This document shows, in pieces, positions 9,111 to 20,261 of a stretch of 64,000 nt of DNA. Both the position numbers and the translations under genes were made by a program. Origin of the DNA: an uncultured Mycoplasmatota bacterium (GTDB lineage: Bacteria; Bacillota_I; Bacilli_A; RF39; UBA660); the NCBI GenBank assembly GCA_948466735.1, contig CAOKBR010000001.1, positions 3,266 to 67,265 of the forward strand, in the 5' to 3' direction. Below the pieces are notes generated by a model. That model was not told the origin of the DNA. It ran no database searches and saw nothing but the letters and a program-made list of their open reading frames with translations. How positions within the stretch are numbered: the stretch's first letter is position 1; every line of letters begins with the position of its first letter.

Positions 9111-9377
9111 TTAAAATAGAAAATAAAAATACTAATAGTCAAACAATTAAATTAGGCGCTTTAGGAGGCTTAGAAAATCAAACATTAACTCTACCAAGTG
9201 ATGGGCATTTATTTGGATTATATCAACAAACACCAACAAAAGAGGCTTCTTTTATTATTAACAAATATAAAAGTTAAATAATATGAACGATAAGTAAAAA
9301 GTCTAAAATAAAAGGAGAAAATAATTGCTTTTCTTCTTTCCTTTCGTTTATAATAATAATAAGTGTAGGAGGCGGAT

Positions 9378-9974
9378 ATGGCGAAGTTATATTTTAGATA
9401 TGGTGCGATGAATGCTGGAAAAAGTACATTACTAATGCAAGCAGCTTATAATTATGAGCAGCAAGGAATGAAAGTTTTAATTTTTAAACCAAGCGTGGAT
9501 ACTAAGGGAGATGAGTATTTAGTATCAAGAATTGGATTAAAAAGAAAAGTAGATGCCATAATAAAAAAAGAAGATTCCTTAATAGAAATCGTTAATCGAT
9601 TAAACCTGGAAGCTAGTTGCATTTTTGTAGATGAAGCACAATTTTTAACCAGCGGACAAGTAGACGAATTAATGGAAATCGTTGTATTTTTAAATATTCC
9701 AGTCATTTGTTATGGACTTCGATGTGACTTTTTAGGACAAGCTTTTGAAGGAAGTAGTCGTCTTTTATCGATAGCTCATACCATTGAAGAAATGAAAACC
9801 ATTTGCACCTGTGGAAAAAAAGCAATGTATAATGTACGACTAAAAAATGGAAAATATGTATTTTCTGGGAATCAGATTTTAATAGATGGAGATAATAATG
9901 ATATCAGCTACACTTCATTATGCCCAGTGTGCTATTACCATATAAGAAAAAAAGTAGAAGAAGGGAACGATTAA
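9378..9974 (+). CDS. tdk: thymidine kinase
   Basis: 'GAMNAGKST' P-loop, 'FVDEAQF', and a C-terminal Zn ribbon 'CTCGKKA...CPVC'. Confidence 0.9.
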   Translation: MAKLYFRYGAMNAGKSTLLMQAAYNYEQQGMKVLIFKPSVDTKGDEYLVSRIGLKRKVDAIIKKEDSLIEIVNRLNLEASCIFVDEAQFLTSGQVDELMEIVVFLNIPVICYGLRCDFLGQAFEGSSRLLSIAHTIEEMKTICTCGKKAMYNVRLKNGKYVFSGNQILIDGDNNDISYTSLCPVCYYHIRKKVEEGND

Positions 9975-9978
9975 ATAA

Positions 9979-12654
9979 ATGAAACAATACGTATATGATT
10001 TTGCTAATGGCAATAAAGAAATGAGAGAACTCTTAGGAGGAAAAGGTGCTAATTTAGCAGAAATGTTGAATTTAGGATTATCAGTCCCTCTTGGTTTTAC
10101 GATTTCTACCGAGGCGTGTCGTGATTATTACAATCAAGGAGAACAGTTAACAGAAAGTTTTATTAAAGAAGTATTGATGGGCATCGTTCGCTTAGAAGAA
10201 CAAACCCATCGCCAATTTGGAGATCCAATGCATCCATTATTGTTATCTGTTCGTAGTGGTGCTAGGGAATCGATGCCAGGAATGATGAATACTATTTTGA
10301 ATATAGGACTAAATGATGAGATTGTCGAAAAATGGGCTAGTAGAATGACAAATCCTCACTTTGCGTATGATTCTTATCGAAGATTAATTCAAATGTATGC
10401 CGATGTGGTAATGGATCTTGATGCTAGTAAATTTGAAGAAATTTTAACAGCAGTAAAACAGATAAGGGGAGTTAAATCAGATACTGAACTTAATCTTGAT
10501 GAGTTAAAACTATTAGTAGAAAGTTATAAAGTAGAATATAAAAATCAATCAAGACAAGATTTTCCACAAGATGTGCCACTTCAATTGATTGAAGCAGTAA
10601 AAGCCGTATTTCGTTCTTGGAATACCAAACGGGCGAAAGCCTACCGAGAGTTAAATCATATTCCTGATGATTGGGGTACAGCAGTTAATGTGCAACAAAT
10701 GGTCTATGGAAATATTAGTGAACAATCAGGAACTGGAGTAGTCTTTAGTCGTAATCCTAGTACTGGAGAAGATGGACTTTTTGGCGAGTTCATGATGAAT
10801 GCACAAGGAGAAGATATTGTTGCAGGTATTAGAACACCAATGGACATTGAAAAATTAGCAAAGATTGATAAAGAATGTTACCAAGAGTTAGTAAGAAATG
10901 CCAAAATTCTAGAACGTCATTATAAAGATATGCAAGATATGGAGTTTACTATTGAAAATGGTAAATTATATTTGCTTCAAACAAGAAATGGAAAAAGAAC
11001 AGCTAAAGCAGCAGTAAAAATTGCAACTGATATGGTAAAGGAGGGTTTACTTACTAAAGAAGAAGCCCTATTGAAAGTTTCTCCTAATCAGTTAGATAAT
11101 TTACTTCATCCATCGTTTGATGAAAAAGCGTTAAAGAAATTTGATTGCCTAGCAAAAGGGTTAGCAGCATCTCCAGGTGCTGCCGTTGGACAAATTTATT
11201 TTTCTACCAATGATTTAATTAAAGCAAAAGAAGATGGACATAAGGATTTAATTTTAGTAAGGATGGATACATCAGCTGAAGATATTGTGGGAATGCATCA
11301 AGCAAGAGGAGTGTTAACCTTACGCGGTGGAATGACATCTCATGCAGCAGTGGTTGCTCGTGGTATGGGAACTTGTTGTGTTTCTGGGTGTGAAGAATTA
11401 GAATTAGATGAAGAGAAGAAAATCTTAAAAAAAGGTAAAGTCATCTTAAAAGAGGGTGATGTTATCTCGATTGATGGAACAACAGGAGGGGTATATGTAG
11501 GAAGCATTCCTTTAGTAGATCCAATTTTAGATAATGATTTTAAAACATTTATGGGATATGCGAAAGAATTTGCCAAAATTAAGGTAAGAGCGAATGCCGA
11601 TACAGCAAAAGATGCCTTAATCGCATTAAGTTTTGGCGCTGAGGGTATTGGATTATGTCGAAGTGAACATATGTTTTTTGAACAGAACCGTCTTTTAGCC
11701 ATGAGAATGATGATTATTGCTAAAGATATGGAAGAGCGTCAAAGTGCCTTGGATGAGTTATTAGATTACCAAAGGGAAGACTATTTACAAATTTTTGAAG
11801 AAGCTAAAGGTGCTCCCGTTACTATTCGGTATTTAGACCCACCATTACATGAGTTTTTACCAAAAAAGACCCAAGATATTATTCACTTTGCAGAAAAACT
11901 TAAGAAAAAACCAGAAGAGGTAATGGATAGGATCAAAGAGTTACAAGAAGCTAATCCAATGATGGGACACCGAGGATGCCGTTTATCTATTACAAATCCT
12001 GAAATTACAATTATGCAAACAAGGGCAATTATAGAAGCGATGATTATTTGTCGTAGAAGAGATATTCCTGTTAATGTAGAGTTAATGATACCTCTAACTG
12101 TGGATACAAAAGAATTTGATGAGGTGAAGTCAATTATCGATCAAACGGCAAACTTTGTCATGCGAAAGGAAGTTATTGTGGTACCTTATCGTATTGGAAG
12201 CATGATTGAAACACCTAGAGCTTGTATTGTATCAAGAGAATTAGCAAAGCGTGTAGAATTTTACTCTTTTGGAACGAACGATTTAACACAATTAATGTAT
12301 GGCATTTCAAGAGACGATATGGCAAAATTTGTTCCTAAGTATATTGAGGATAAAGTGTTGTCTTTTGATCCGTTCAAACATATTGATGAACTTGGCGTAG
12401 GACGATTGATGAGAGTTGCAATAAGGGAAGCTAAGATAGTAAATCCTGATATTGAACTTGGAATATGCGGAGAACACGGAGGAGATCCTAAATCTATTTC
12501 TTTTTGTCATAAAATTGGCCTAAATTATGTATCTTGTTCTCCATACCGTGTACCAATCGCTTTAATTGCTAGTGCAAGAAGTGCGATAATGGAAGAGCAT
12601 AAGAATAGAAATAGTGACTCTAGCGAGGAAATAGAAGATTTTGAAATTATTTAA
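9979..12654 (+). CDS. ppdK: pyruvate, phosphate dikinase
   Basis: 891 aa. 'GGKGANLAEM', the phospho-His motif 'GGMTSHAAVVARGMG', and the PEP-utilising C-terminal 'GICGEHGGDP'. Confidence 0.95.
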   Translation: MKQYVYDFANGNKEMRELLGGKGANLAEMLNLGLSVPLGFTISTEACRDYYNQGEQLTESFIKEVLMGIVRLEEQTHRQFGDPMHPLLLSVRSGARESMPGMMNTILNIGLNDEIVEKWASRMTNPHFAYDSYRRLIQMYADVVMDLDASKFEEILTAVKQIRGVKSDTELNLDELKLLVESYKVEYKNQSRQDFPQDVPLQLIEAVKAVFRSWNTKRAKAYRELNHIPDDWGTAVNVQQMVYGNISEQSGTGVVFSRNPSTGEDGLFGEFMMNAQGEDIVAGIRTPMDIEKLAKIDKECYQELVRNAKILERHYKDMQDMEFTIENGKLYLLQTRNGKRTAKAAVKIATDMVKEGLLTKEEALLKVSPNQLDNLLHPSFDEKALKKFDCLAKGLAASPGAAVGQIYFSTNDLIKAKEDGHKDLILVRMDTSAEDIVGMHQARGVLTLRGGMTSHAAVVARGMGTCCVSGCEELELDEEKKILKKGKVILKEGDVISIDGTTGGVYVGSIPLVDPILDNDFKTFMGYAKEFAKIKVRANADTAKDALIALSFGAEGIGLCRSEHMFFEQNRLLAMRMMIIAKDMEERQSALDELLDYQREDYLQIFEEAKGAPVTIRYLDPPLHEFLPKKTQDIIHFAEKLKKKPEEVMDRIKELQEANPMMGHRGCRLSITNPEITIMQTRAIIEAMIICRRRDIPVNVELMIPLTVDTKEFDEVKSIIDQTANFVMRKEVIVVPYRIGSMIETPRACIVSRELAKRVEFYSFGTNDLTQLMYGISRDDMAKFVPKYIEDKVLSFDPFKHIDELGVGRLMRVAIREAKIVNPDIELGICGEHGGDPKSISFCHKIGLNYVSCSPYRVPIALIASARSAIMEEHKNRNSDSSEEIEDFEII

Positions 12655-12926
12655 GGAAAAAGCTTAGGTTTTAATTTTTTTAAAGAAAATCTAAGTTTTT
12701 TTATTGTTAAAGTGAACATTGATGATAACTACCTTAACCTTGAAGCAAAGGGGAATAATAATCTAGCCATAATAGATAATATTTGTGTAAATTAATGTTT
12801 TCAACTTATGAAAAAAGTGATATACTTTAGGCGTTGAAACTTTATTGATTTAACTAGATTATCTATAGGAAAATAAAGTAGATACAAATCAATAAAAATA
12901 GGTTAAATAAGAAATGAGGAGTAGCC

Positions 12927-13754
12927 ATGAGCGTAGTTATAATGGATGGTGTGAATCTTGCTAAAAAAATAGAAAAGAATTTAATTGATGAACATATTCA
13001 AAAAAAGAATTATTTGGTATGTGCTATTACTATAGGAAGTAGCGATGAAACAGAGTTTTTTATTCGCCAAAAAAGAAAAATGGCGACTCGTTTAGGCGTT
13101 AAGTTAGAGCATGTGCATTATGATAATATTACCACAAAAGAACTTATCAAAAAAATTACACAATTAAATCATGATGATTTAGTTCATGGAATTTTTATTC
13201 AACATCCTCTACCAAAAGAAATTGATGAAATAAAAGTCATGTCTAGTATTTCCATAAAAAAGGACATTGATGGATTAAATCCTAGACATTTTTCTTTACT
13301 TGCTACAAATCAATCTAGTGAATCTACTGCTACAGTAAGTGCTATTATGGCCTTACTAGAAGAATACCAAATTTCTCTAACAAGTAAACACGCAGTTATT
13401 ATTGGAAGAAGTACCTTAATTGGAAAACCCTTAGCTCTTTTATTATTACAAAAATCTTCTACTGTTACTATTTGTCACAAAAATACCAAAGATTTATCAA
13501 AAATTGTATCATTAGCCGATATTGTTATTGTAGCAACAGGAGTAGAGGGAACTATTTTAAGTAGTAACTTAAAACAAGGTGCTATCTTGATTGATGCAGG
13601 ATACCATTTAAAAGGATGTGGCGATGCTACTTTGGATAAAGTTGAGCATTTATCTTATTATACAAAAGTTCCAGGCGGAGTAGGTCCAGTCACTGTTGTT
13701 ATGCTTTTTTCTAATCTATTAAAAAAACAAAAAAATCCTTGCATTTTACCCTAG
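12927..13754 (+). CDS. folD: bifunctional methylenetetrahydrofolate dehydrogenase/cyclohydrolase
   Basis: 'VIIGRSTLIGKPLALLL', 'PGGVGPVTVVML', and the overall FolD layout. Confidence 0.85.
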   Translation: MSVVIMDGVNLAKKIEKNLIDEHIQKKNYLVCAITIGSSDETEFFIRQKRKMATRLGVKLEHVHYDNITTKELIKKITQLNHDDLVHGIFIQHPLPKEIDEIKVMSSISIKKDIDGLNPRHFSLLATNQSSESTATVSAIMALLEEYQISLTSKHAVIIGRSTLIGKPLALLLLQKSSTVTICHKNTKDLSKIVSLADIVIVATGVEGTILSSNLKQGAILIDAGYHLKGCGDATLDKVEHLSYYTKVPGGVGPVTVVMLFSNLLKKQKNPCILP

Positions 13755-13854
13755 TTTTATAGTATAGTAATAACAGTGCCGTTACCTAGGTAATAAAAAG
13801 CTTCGATTTATAACTTGGATAGTGGTGAATAAAATAAAAATGGAGGTGTTTTTT

Positions 13855-14124
13855 ATGGCTTTAACAAGCGAGAAAAAACAAGAAATTATCAAGAAATATG
13901 CACGTGGAGATAAGGATACAGGATCAGCAGAAGTACAAATTGCTATTTTAACAGAAGAAATTAATACTTTAACTGCTCATTTAAAAGAACATACTCATGA
14001 TTATCATTCACGTCGTGGTCTATTAAAGAAAGTAGGACAACGTAGAAGTATGTTAGCCTATTTATCAAAGAAAGATTTTACGCGTTATCGTGCATTAGTA
14101 GAACAATTAGGACTAAGAAAATAG
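13855..14124 (+). CDS. rpsO: 30S ribosomal protein S15
   Basis: '[64 protein letters not shown]'. The start is the ATG after a GGAGGTG RBS. The track ORF started 33 nt earlier. Confidence 0.9.
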   Translation: MALTSEKKQEIIKKYARGDKDTGSAEVQIAILTEEINTLTAHLKEHTHDYHSRRGLLKKVGQRRSMLAYLSKKDFTRYRALVEQLGLRK

Positions 14125-14126
14125 AC

Positions 14127-14157
14127 AAAGACACGACTTTCGTGTCTTTCTTTTGTG
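14127..14157 (+). terminator. rho-independent terminator between rpsO and pnp
   Basis: aaagacacg-acttt-cgtgtcttt followed by cttttgtg. Confidence 0.5.
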
Positions 14158-14243
14158 AAAATACTTGCCAAAGTGAAAGTGGATTGATATGATAAATACA
14201 TTAGTAATCTTTAAGATTCATTAAAAATATAAAGGAGCAGAAA

Positions 14244-16394
14244 ATGGAAAAAAGAGTTTTTGAATTTGATTTTAGAGGACGTAAATTAATTGTCGAACAC
14301 GGAGAAATGGCCAAACAAGCAGATGGTGCAGTACTAATTCGGTATAATGATACAGTAGTATTATCAACAACAGTAGTAGAAAAAAAAGTAAATTTGCTTG
14401 CTGATTTTTTCCCACTTACCATTTTATATCAAGAAAAATTATATTCAGTAGGAAAAATTCCAGGCGGATTCATTAAAAGAGAGGGACGACCTACAGATAA
14501 TGCTACTTTAGCTGCTAGAATGATTGATAGACCAATGAGACCATTATTTCCTAGTGATTTTAAAAATGCTGTACAAGTAGTAAATACCGTTTTATCTGTT
14601 GATCAAGATTGTTCTCCAGAATTGATGGGACTATTTGGCTCTAGCTTAGCAACTAGTATTAGTAAAGTTCCCTTTGATGGTCCTGTTGCTGGAGTAAAAG
14701 TTGGACATATTAATGGAGAATTTATTATCAATCCTACCCCAGAAGAATTAGAAATAAGTGACATCGACTTAACGGTAGCAGGTACGATGGATGCTATTAA
14801 CATGGTAGAATCTAGCGCTAAACAAGTAAGTGAAGAAGTAATGCTAGATGCTTTAATGTATGGACATGACGCGGTAAAGGAATTAATCCAAATTCAAAAG
14901 GAAATCATTAAAGAAGTTGGCGTAGAGAAAATGGAGTATGAGCACTTAGTGATTGATGCTACATTAAAAGAACAACTAGAAAAAGAAGCGACTACGCTAA
15001 TAGATGAAGCTTTACGTATTAAGGATAAATTAGAAAAGTATCAACGGTTAGATGAGATTAAAGAAAGTATTGTTACTTTTTATCAGAAAAAAAACGAGGG
15101 TATTTTAAATCTAGAAGAGTTACAAGAATTACTTACTAAAGTTCGTTTAGTATTAGAAGAAATTGAATATAACGTATTTAGAAAAATCGTTGTTTTAGAG
15201 CACACTAGAGCTGATGGTAGAAAAATGGATGAGATTAGACCTTTATCTACAGCAATTGATATCCTACCTAGGACGCATGGTTCTGCCCTTTTCACTAGAG
15301 GACAAACACAAAGTTTAAGTATTACTACCCTAGGAGCCCTTGGAGAACATCAAATTTTAGACGGACTTAGCCTAGAAGCAGAAAAACGATTTATGTTACA
15401 TTATAATTTTCCAGCGTTTTCCGTTGGTGAAACAGGACGATATGGTGCACCAGGTCGAAGAGAAATTGGACACGGTGCCTTAGGAGAAAAGGCTCTACTT
15501 CAAGTTATTCCTACTGAAGAAGAATTCCCTTATACCATTAGAGTTGTATCAGAAATTTTAGAAAGTAATGGAAGTAGTAGTCAAGCAAGTATTTGTGCTG
15601 GATGTATGAGTTTAATGGCGGCTGGAGTTCCTATTAAAGCACCCGTTGCTGGTATTGCTATGGGTTTAATTACAGAAGGCGATCAATATACCATTTTAAC
15701 GGATATTCAAGGAATGGAAGATCATTTAGGAGATATGGATTTTAAAGTAGCAGGAACAAAAACAGGGATTTGTGCCTTACAAATGGATATTAAAATCAAA
15801 GGAATTACCAAAGAAATTTTAAAAGAAGCACTTGAGCAAGCAAAATCAGCACGTTTTAAAATTTTAGAAGTTATGGAAAAACAAATTGACAAACCTCGTG
15901 AAGAAGTAAGTAAATATGCACCAAAAACCTTAACGTTTATGATTAATCCAAGTAAAATTAAAGATGTTATTGGTAAAGGTGGAGACATGATTACTAAAAT
16001 TATTTGTACAGCAAGTAATGTTACTAGTGTTACTGATATTAATGCGGTAAAAGTCGATTTAGAAGATGACGGACGGGTAATCATATATCACTCTGATCAA
16101 GAAATTATTGATAAAACTGCTGATATGATTAAAGATATTGCTCGGGAAGTAGAAGATGGCAAAATTTATGAAGCAACAGTTGTAAAAGTGGAAGATTTCG
16201 GATGCTTTGTCCAAGTATGGCCAGGGTGTGAAGGAATGGTTCATGTATCCAAACTATCACAAGATCGAGTAGAAAAGGCAAGTGATGTGGTAAAAGTAGG
16301 AGACATCATTACTGTTAAAGCTATTGGTACTGACAAAAAAGGACGATTAAACTTTTCAAGAAAAGATTGCATTGAACCGAAAAAGGAGAAATAA
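14244..16394 (+). CDS. pnp: polynucleotide phosphorylase
   Basis: 716 aa with two RNase PH domains, KH and S1 domains ('GAPGRREIGHGAL', 'GCFVQVWPGCEGMVHVS'). Confidence 0.95.
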   Translation: MEKRVFEFDFRGRKLIVEHGEMAKQADGAVLIRYNDTVVLSTTVVEKKVNLLADFFPLTILYQEKLYSVGKIPGGFIKREGRPTDNATLAARMIDRPMRPLFPSDFKNAVQVVNTVLSVDQDCSPELMGLFGSSLATSISKVPFDGPVAGVKVGHINGEFIINPTPEELEISDIDLTVAGTMDAINMVESSAKQVSEEVMLDALMYGHDAVKELIQIQKEIIKEVGVEKMEYEHLVIDATLKEQLEKEATTLIDEALRIKDKLEKYQRLDEIKESIVTFYQKKNEGILNLEELQELLTKVRLVLEEIEYNVFRKIVVLEHTRADGRKMDEIRPLSTAIDILPRTHGSALFTRGQTQSLSITTLGALGEHQILDGLSLEAEKRFMLHYNFPAFSVGETGRYGAPGRREIGHGALGEKALLQVIPTEEEFPYTIRVVSEILESNGSSSQASICAGCMSLMAAGVPIKAPVAGIAMGLITEGDQYTILTDIQGMEDHLGDMDFKVAGTKTGICALQMDIKIKGITKEILKEALEQAKSARFKILEVMEKQIDKPREEVSKYAPKTLTFMINPSKIKDVIGKGGDMITKIICTASNVTSVTDINAVKVDLEDDGRVIIYHSDQEIIDKTADMIKDIAREVEDGKIYEATVVKVEDFGCFVQVWPGCEGMVHVSKLSQDRVEKASDVVKVGDIITVKAIGTDKKGRLNFSRKDCIEPKKEK

Positions 16395-16458
16395 ACTCTT
16401 TTTTCTTTACAAAAAAGGCGTCATCCCTTATAATAGGTAAGAAAAAAAGAGGTGTCGT

Positions 16459-17817
16459 ATGAAGTTATCTAACGAATTATTATATCAATTTGCTTTATCA
16501 CATGATTTAATTGGAATGAAACAAGCCAAAAGTCGTCAATTATTATTAAAAGAATTTTTTGCAATGATGAAAAACATGACTACAGAAGAATTTGAACGAT
16601 GCCATTCCATTACTATTCGTAACCGTGAATATCAAAAGAAGGAATTACAATATTTAGCAATTTTAGTAAAGGACATGCACCAATATAATGATTTTTGCAA
16701 TGGCGAATTTTTAACGAAAGGCGAACTACCAAGTCCAAATTTAGCATTTTTATTTGATCAAGCCATGAAATTTCCGACTTTAGAAGCATTTCTTGCCTCT
16801 TATAAAGAAAGTGAAAAAAAGAACCTTTTAGATCTTTTAGAAACCTATCGAACTTATTATGCAACACCAAAAGAAAAAGAAAAGTATGATAACTTTAGAA
16901 GACAAAGCGACTATTTATATCGAAAAACACCATTATTTGTAGGCTATGAGGCATTTAACGCCTATTTAGAAAAAAAGAACAATCCTACTGCTGTAGAACA
17001 ATTTTTAACAAGAAATCACTTACCCAAAAGTGTCCCTATCCAACGCTATATCGCTAAATACTTACCATATGCTAGCAAGATAGAACTACAAGAATATAAA
17101 AGTGTATGTTCTAATGTCTTACTAGAAAGTAGAAGCACTATTCTTTTAAAAAAATGGTATCAGTGGTTAACATCTATTGATATAAAAGAAATGCCAAATT
17201 ATGAACAACAATTTTTAGAAAATGAAAACATTTCCTCAAGATTATTTCGTATCATTATCTTATCCAATAAACAATGTGATGATGTTGCTTATCAAAAATT
17301 ATATCAAAAAGTAATAGAACTAGAAGAATTTTACCAAGATATTAATGCTAAACGAAAAGAAAAAGAGATGAAAACTTTATTATCTTATCTTACGAATAAC
17401 CAATCTTATTTATTTATAGGAGAACCTTTTAATGTATTAGACTTCTTCTCTTTAACTGTATTTCCTTATAATGAAATAAGGCAAGATGGGTATTTCCACG
17501 ATAAAATCTTTAGACATTTACCTCCTTATCGAAAATTATATGCGACTTTATTAGCCGTACAACCTAAGAGTTATCAAGAAAAAAGACCATATTTTATTAC
17601 CAAAAGGGAAGACATTAGTGATATTGATACCATTAAATTAACAAATGATGAAGACTATCTTCTTAATGATTTAGAAAAAGATGCAATATGGAATTATATT
17701 GAAGAAATTGTCTTACCACGTACCTTTAATCTTAAAACCTATTATGAAATTGCTAAGGAGTTAATTACTCATCCAAACTACTTTGAGGAGTTTAAAACAC
17801 CAATTAAGAAACGTTAA
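16459..17817 (+). CDS. hypothetical protein, paralog A of a duplicated family
   Basis: 452 aa. Shares 'YNDFC.GE.L', 'ETYRTYYATP.EKE.YD', 'LKKWY..L..IDIK..PNY' and 'EKDAI.NYIE..V.PR' with 18927..20246. Confidence 0.5.
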   Translation: MKLSNELLYQFALSHDLIGMKQAKSRQLLLKEFFAMMKNMTTEEFERCHSITIRNREYQKKELQYLAILVKDMHQYNDFCNGEFLTKGELPSPNLAFLFDQAMKFPTLEAFLASYKESEKKNLLDLLETYRTYYATPKEKEKYDNFRRQSDYLYRKTPLFVGYEAFNAYLEKKNNPTAVEQFLTRNHLPKSVPIQRYIAKYLPYASKIELQEYKSVCSNVLLESRSTILLKKWYQWLTSIDIKEMPNYEQQFLENENISSRLFRIIILSNKQCDDVAYQKLYQKVIELEEFYQDINAKRKEKEMKTLLSYLTNNQSYLFIGEPFNVLDFFSLTVFPYNEIRQDGYFHDKIFRHLPPYRKLYATLLAVQPKSYQEKRPYFITKREDISDIDTIKLTNDEDYLLNDLEKDAIWNYIEEIVLPRTFNLKTYYEIAKELITHPNYFEEFKTPIKKR

Positions 17818-17883
17818 ATAAAATCTTCTAAAAATTACTAATGTTTTAAATTGTTTCTTCATATAGTTTATTAGGTGAAGAAA

Positions 17884-18747
17884 ATGAAGAGAAAACTAGC
17901 GGAGATTTTCATGGTCATTGGAATAGTTTGCTTTAGTTTTTACTATACAGAACGTGCTGTAGATATTGTAAGAGAAAATGATCCAATGATGAAAGAGTTA
18001 ATGGAAAAAGCAAAAGATTATGAGGTATTATCAAAAGATGCTACTTTTACGGAAAAAGGAATCATCCCTGGACTTAATGGAAAGCAAGTCGATTTAAAGA
18101 AAAGTTTTGAAAATATGAAAAAGTTTGGTGGTTTTAAAGAGAGTTTACTCGTTTTTGAAGAGGTAAAACCTGGAGTATCATTAGAAGAGTATTATGACCG
18201 TTATGTAATTAGAGGAAATACTTCCAAAAATAGTGTTGCTTTAGTTTTTAAAGTGAGAGAAAGTGACGATGTTGGTCGAATTCTTGCTGTTTTAAATGAG
18301 AAAAATGCACGGGGTACTTTCTTTATTGATGGGAAATTTTTAGAGCAAAATCAAGAGATGGTTTACCAACTAGCAAGAGACGATCATGAAGTAGAAATTA
18401 TGAATTATGATAATGGATATGAAACAAAAAAAATGCAAGAGTCGTTTGATTTACTAGAAATGGTTTTAAATCAAAGAGGAGGTTTTTGCTACGCGGAGTA
18501 TGATCAAAAAGATATTTTAGAACTTTGCAGTAGGGAACAACGTCATACGATTATTCCTAATGTTTTAGTATCAGCTTATCCATTTTCAACGGTAAAAAGT
18601 TATTTAGATAAAGGAAATATCATTAGTTTTCCTATAAATACTCAAGTGGAAGAAGAACTTCCAGTAATTATTAATTATATCAATCAACGTGGATATCAAA
18701 TGACACGTTTAGATGATTTATTAAGGGAATCAACATACGAAAAATAA
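17884..18747 (+). CDS. polysaccharide deacetylase (NodB-homology) family protein, YlxY-like
   Basis: N-terminal signal anchor. 'VALVFKV...TFFIDGKFLEQN' resembles a NodB-fold sporulation deacetylase. Its position downstream of pnp matches B. subtilis ylxY. Start refined to the ATG after GGTGA. Confidence 0.45.
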   Translation: MKRKLAEIFMVIGIVCFSFYYTERAVDIVRENDPMMKELMEKAKDYEVLSKDATFTEKGIIPGLNGKQVDLKKSFENMKKFGGFKESLLVFEEVKPGVSLEEYYDRYVIRGNTSKNSVALVFKVRESDDVGRILAVLNEKNARGTFFIDGKFLEQNQEMVYQLARDDHEVEIMNYDNGYETKKMQESFDLLEMVLNQRGGFCYAEYDQKDILELCSREQRHTIIPNVLVSAYPFSTVKSYLDKGNIISFPINTQVEEELPVIINYINQRGYQMTRLDDLLRESTYEK

Positions 18748-18926
18748 TAACTTAGTAAATTCCCTTTATAATTTTAAAAAACAACAATGATAAAAATGGA
18801 ACCCTGAAAAATAGAATAAAAGGGTTCTTTTTGTACTTTCTATCACAAAATACGTTACAATTAGCGAAAATGTATTGCCATTTTCTTATTTTTGTAATAT
18901 AATAAATCCCTAGTGGGGATGAGGTT

Positions 18927-20246
18927 ATGATTAAACTATCACAGGAACAATTGTTACTTTTTGCACAAAAACATAAAATAGCAGAGCCAAGTAAGAAAAA
19001 AAATAGAGAACAATTACTATTAAATTTTGCAAAGACAATTAGAAGTATGGATAAAGAAACTTATGAAAAAGCAAAATATATTGAATTTAATGGTGAAAGA
19101 TTTACTAAAGACGAAGCAAAGATTTTAGTTGTGCTTGTAAAAAACATTAAAGAATATAATGACTTTTGTGAAGGAGAATATTTATCTAATACCAAAAGAA
19201 AACATAATGGCACTTTACGAAAACTTTTTCATGAAGCGTTATATTATAAAGATATCAATGACTTTGTATTCAATTATCCATTATTAACACAGAAAATGGA
19301 AATACTAGAAAAATTAGAAACCTTTAGAACATATTATGCTACACCAGTAGAAAAAGAACAATATGATGAATGGAAAAGAAAAGTGGAACCATGTTATCGA
19401 AAAACAAGAGCATTCATTGGATTCGAAGCACTAGATGCTTACTTAAAGAAAGATGAAGATCCTGATTTATTATTTCAATTTATGATTCAATATCAATGTA
19501 CTTCGATTATGACCGTTAAAGAATATATTAGTCAGTATTTACCATTTTGTTCTACCACGATACAACAACAATATCTAATGACTAAAGAAGAAATTCCTAT
19601 TCTTGGAATGTATGATGAACTATTAAAAAAATGGTATGTATTCTTACAACAAATAGATATTAAGAAAACACCAAATTATAAGGCACTATTTTTATTTAAC
19701 AACAATATTAAAAGTACGACTTTGGACAAAACGATGAAATACGCTAAAAATTACCGAGTAAGCATTTATGAAAAATGTATGAAGTTAATTGCTTTATATG
19801 ATCAAATTGTAATTAAACAAGCAAGAATTGAAACTGATACTCTTGCTTGCTACTATAACTTGGATCAATCTTATTTGTTTCCGTTATCATCTTTTACCAT
19901 CCTAGACTTTTTTGCACTAACATCTTTTTCACCAGAGTATATCAAACAAGAAGTTGGCTTTGATTTTTCTAATAGTAGAGCATATGATAACTTAGAAAAC
20001 GCTTTGTTTCCTAAAAAACAAGCGGCCATAAAAAAAGAAAAGTTAGCTACAACACCAGTAAAATTGGGAAGTAGAAGCGCTAAACGTATTAACAAAATAG
20101 AGAAAGATGCCATTATTAATTATATTGAACAAATGGTTTTTCCAAGAGAATTAACACTGGATTTATATCAGGTTATCATTAATGAATTATTAGCCCATCC
20201 ACAATATTTAACATCTTACCAAAAGAAGACTAAAGTCAAAAAATAA
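18927..20246 (+). CDS. hypothetical protein, paralog B of the duplicated family
   Basis: 439 aa, colinear with 16459..17817 over its full length. Confidence 0.5.
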   Translation: MIKLSQEQLLLFAQKHKIAEPSKKKNREQLLLNFAKTIRSMDKETYEKAKYIEFNGERFTKDEAKILVVLVKNIKEYNDFCEGEYLSNTKRKHNGTLRKLFHEALYYKDINDFVFNYPLLTQKMEILEKLETFRTYYATPVEKEQYDEWKRKVEPCYRKTRAFIGFEALDAYLKKDEDPDLLFQFMIQYQCTSIMTVKEYISQYLPFCSTTIQQQYLMTKEEIPILGMYDELLKKWYVFLQQIDIKKTPNYKALFLFNNNIKSTTLDKTMKYAKNYRVSIYEKCMKLIALYDQIVIKQARIETDTLACYYNLDQSYLFPLSSFTILDFFALTSFSPEYIKQEVGFDFSNSRAYDNLENALFPKKQAAIKKEKLATTPVKLGSRSAKRINKIEKDAIINYIEQMVFPRELTLDLYQVIINELLAHPQYLTSYQKKTKVKK

Positions 20247-20261
20247 ATATTTTTTACTACC

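Noticed and set aside
9452-9706. 84-aa minus-strand ORF inside tdk
   Set aside because: Antisense to thymidine kinase; spurious.
11340-12510. Minus-strand ORFs 11340..11702 and 12307..12510 inside ppdK
   Set aside because: Antisense to ppdK; these read as chance open frames.
14201-16244. Several minus-strand ORFs (14201..14422, 14603..14803, 15083..15295, 15722..16084, 16059..16244) within pnp
   Set aside because: All are antisense to polynucleotide phosphorylase; no independent support.
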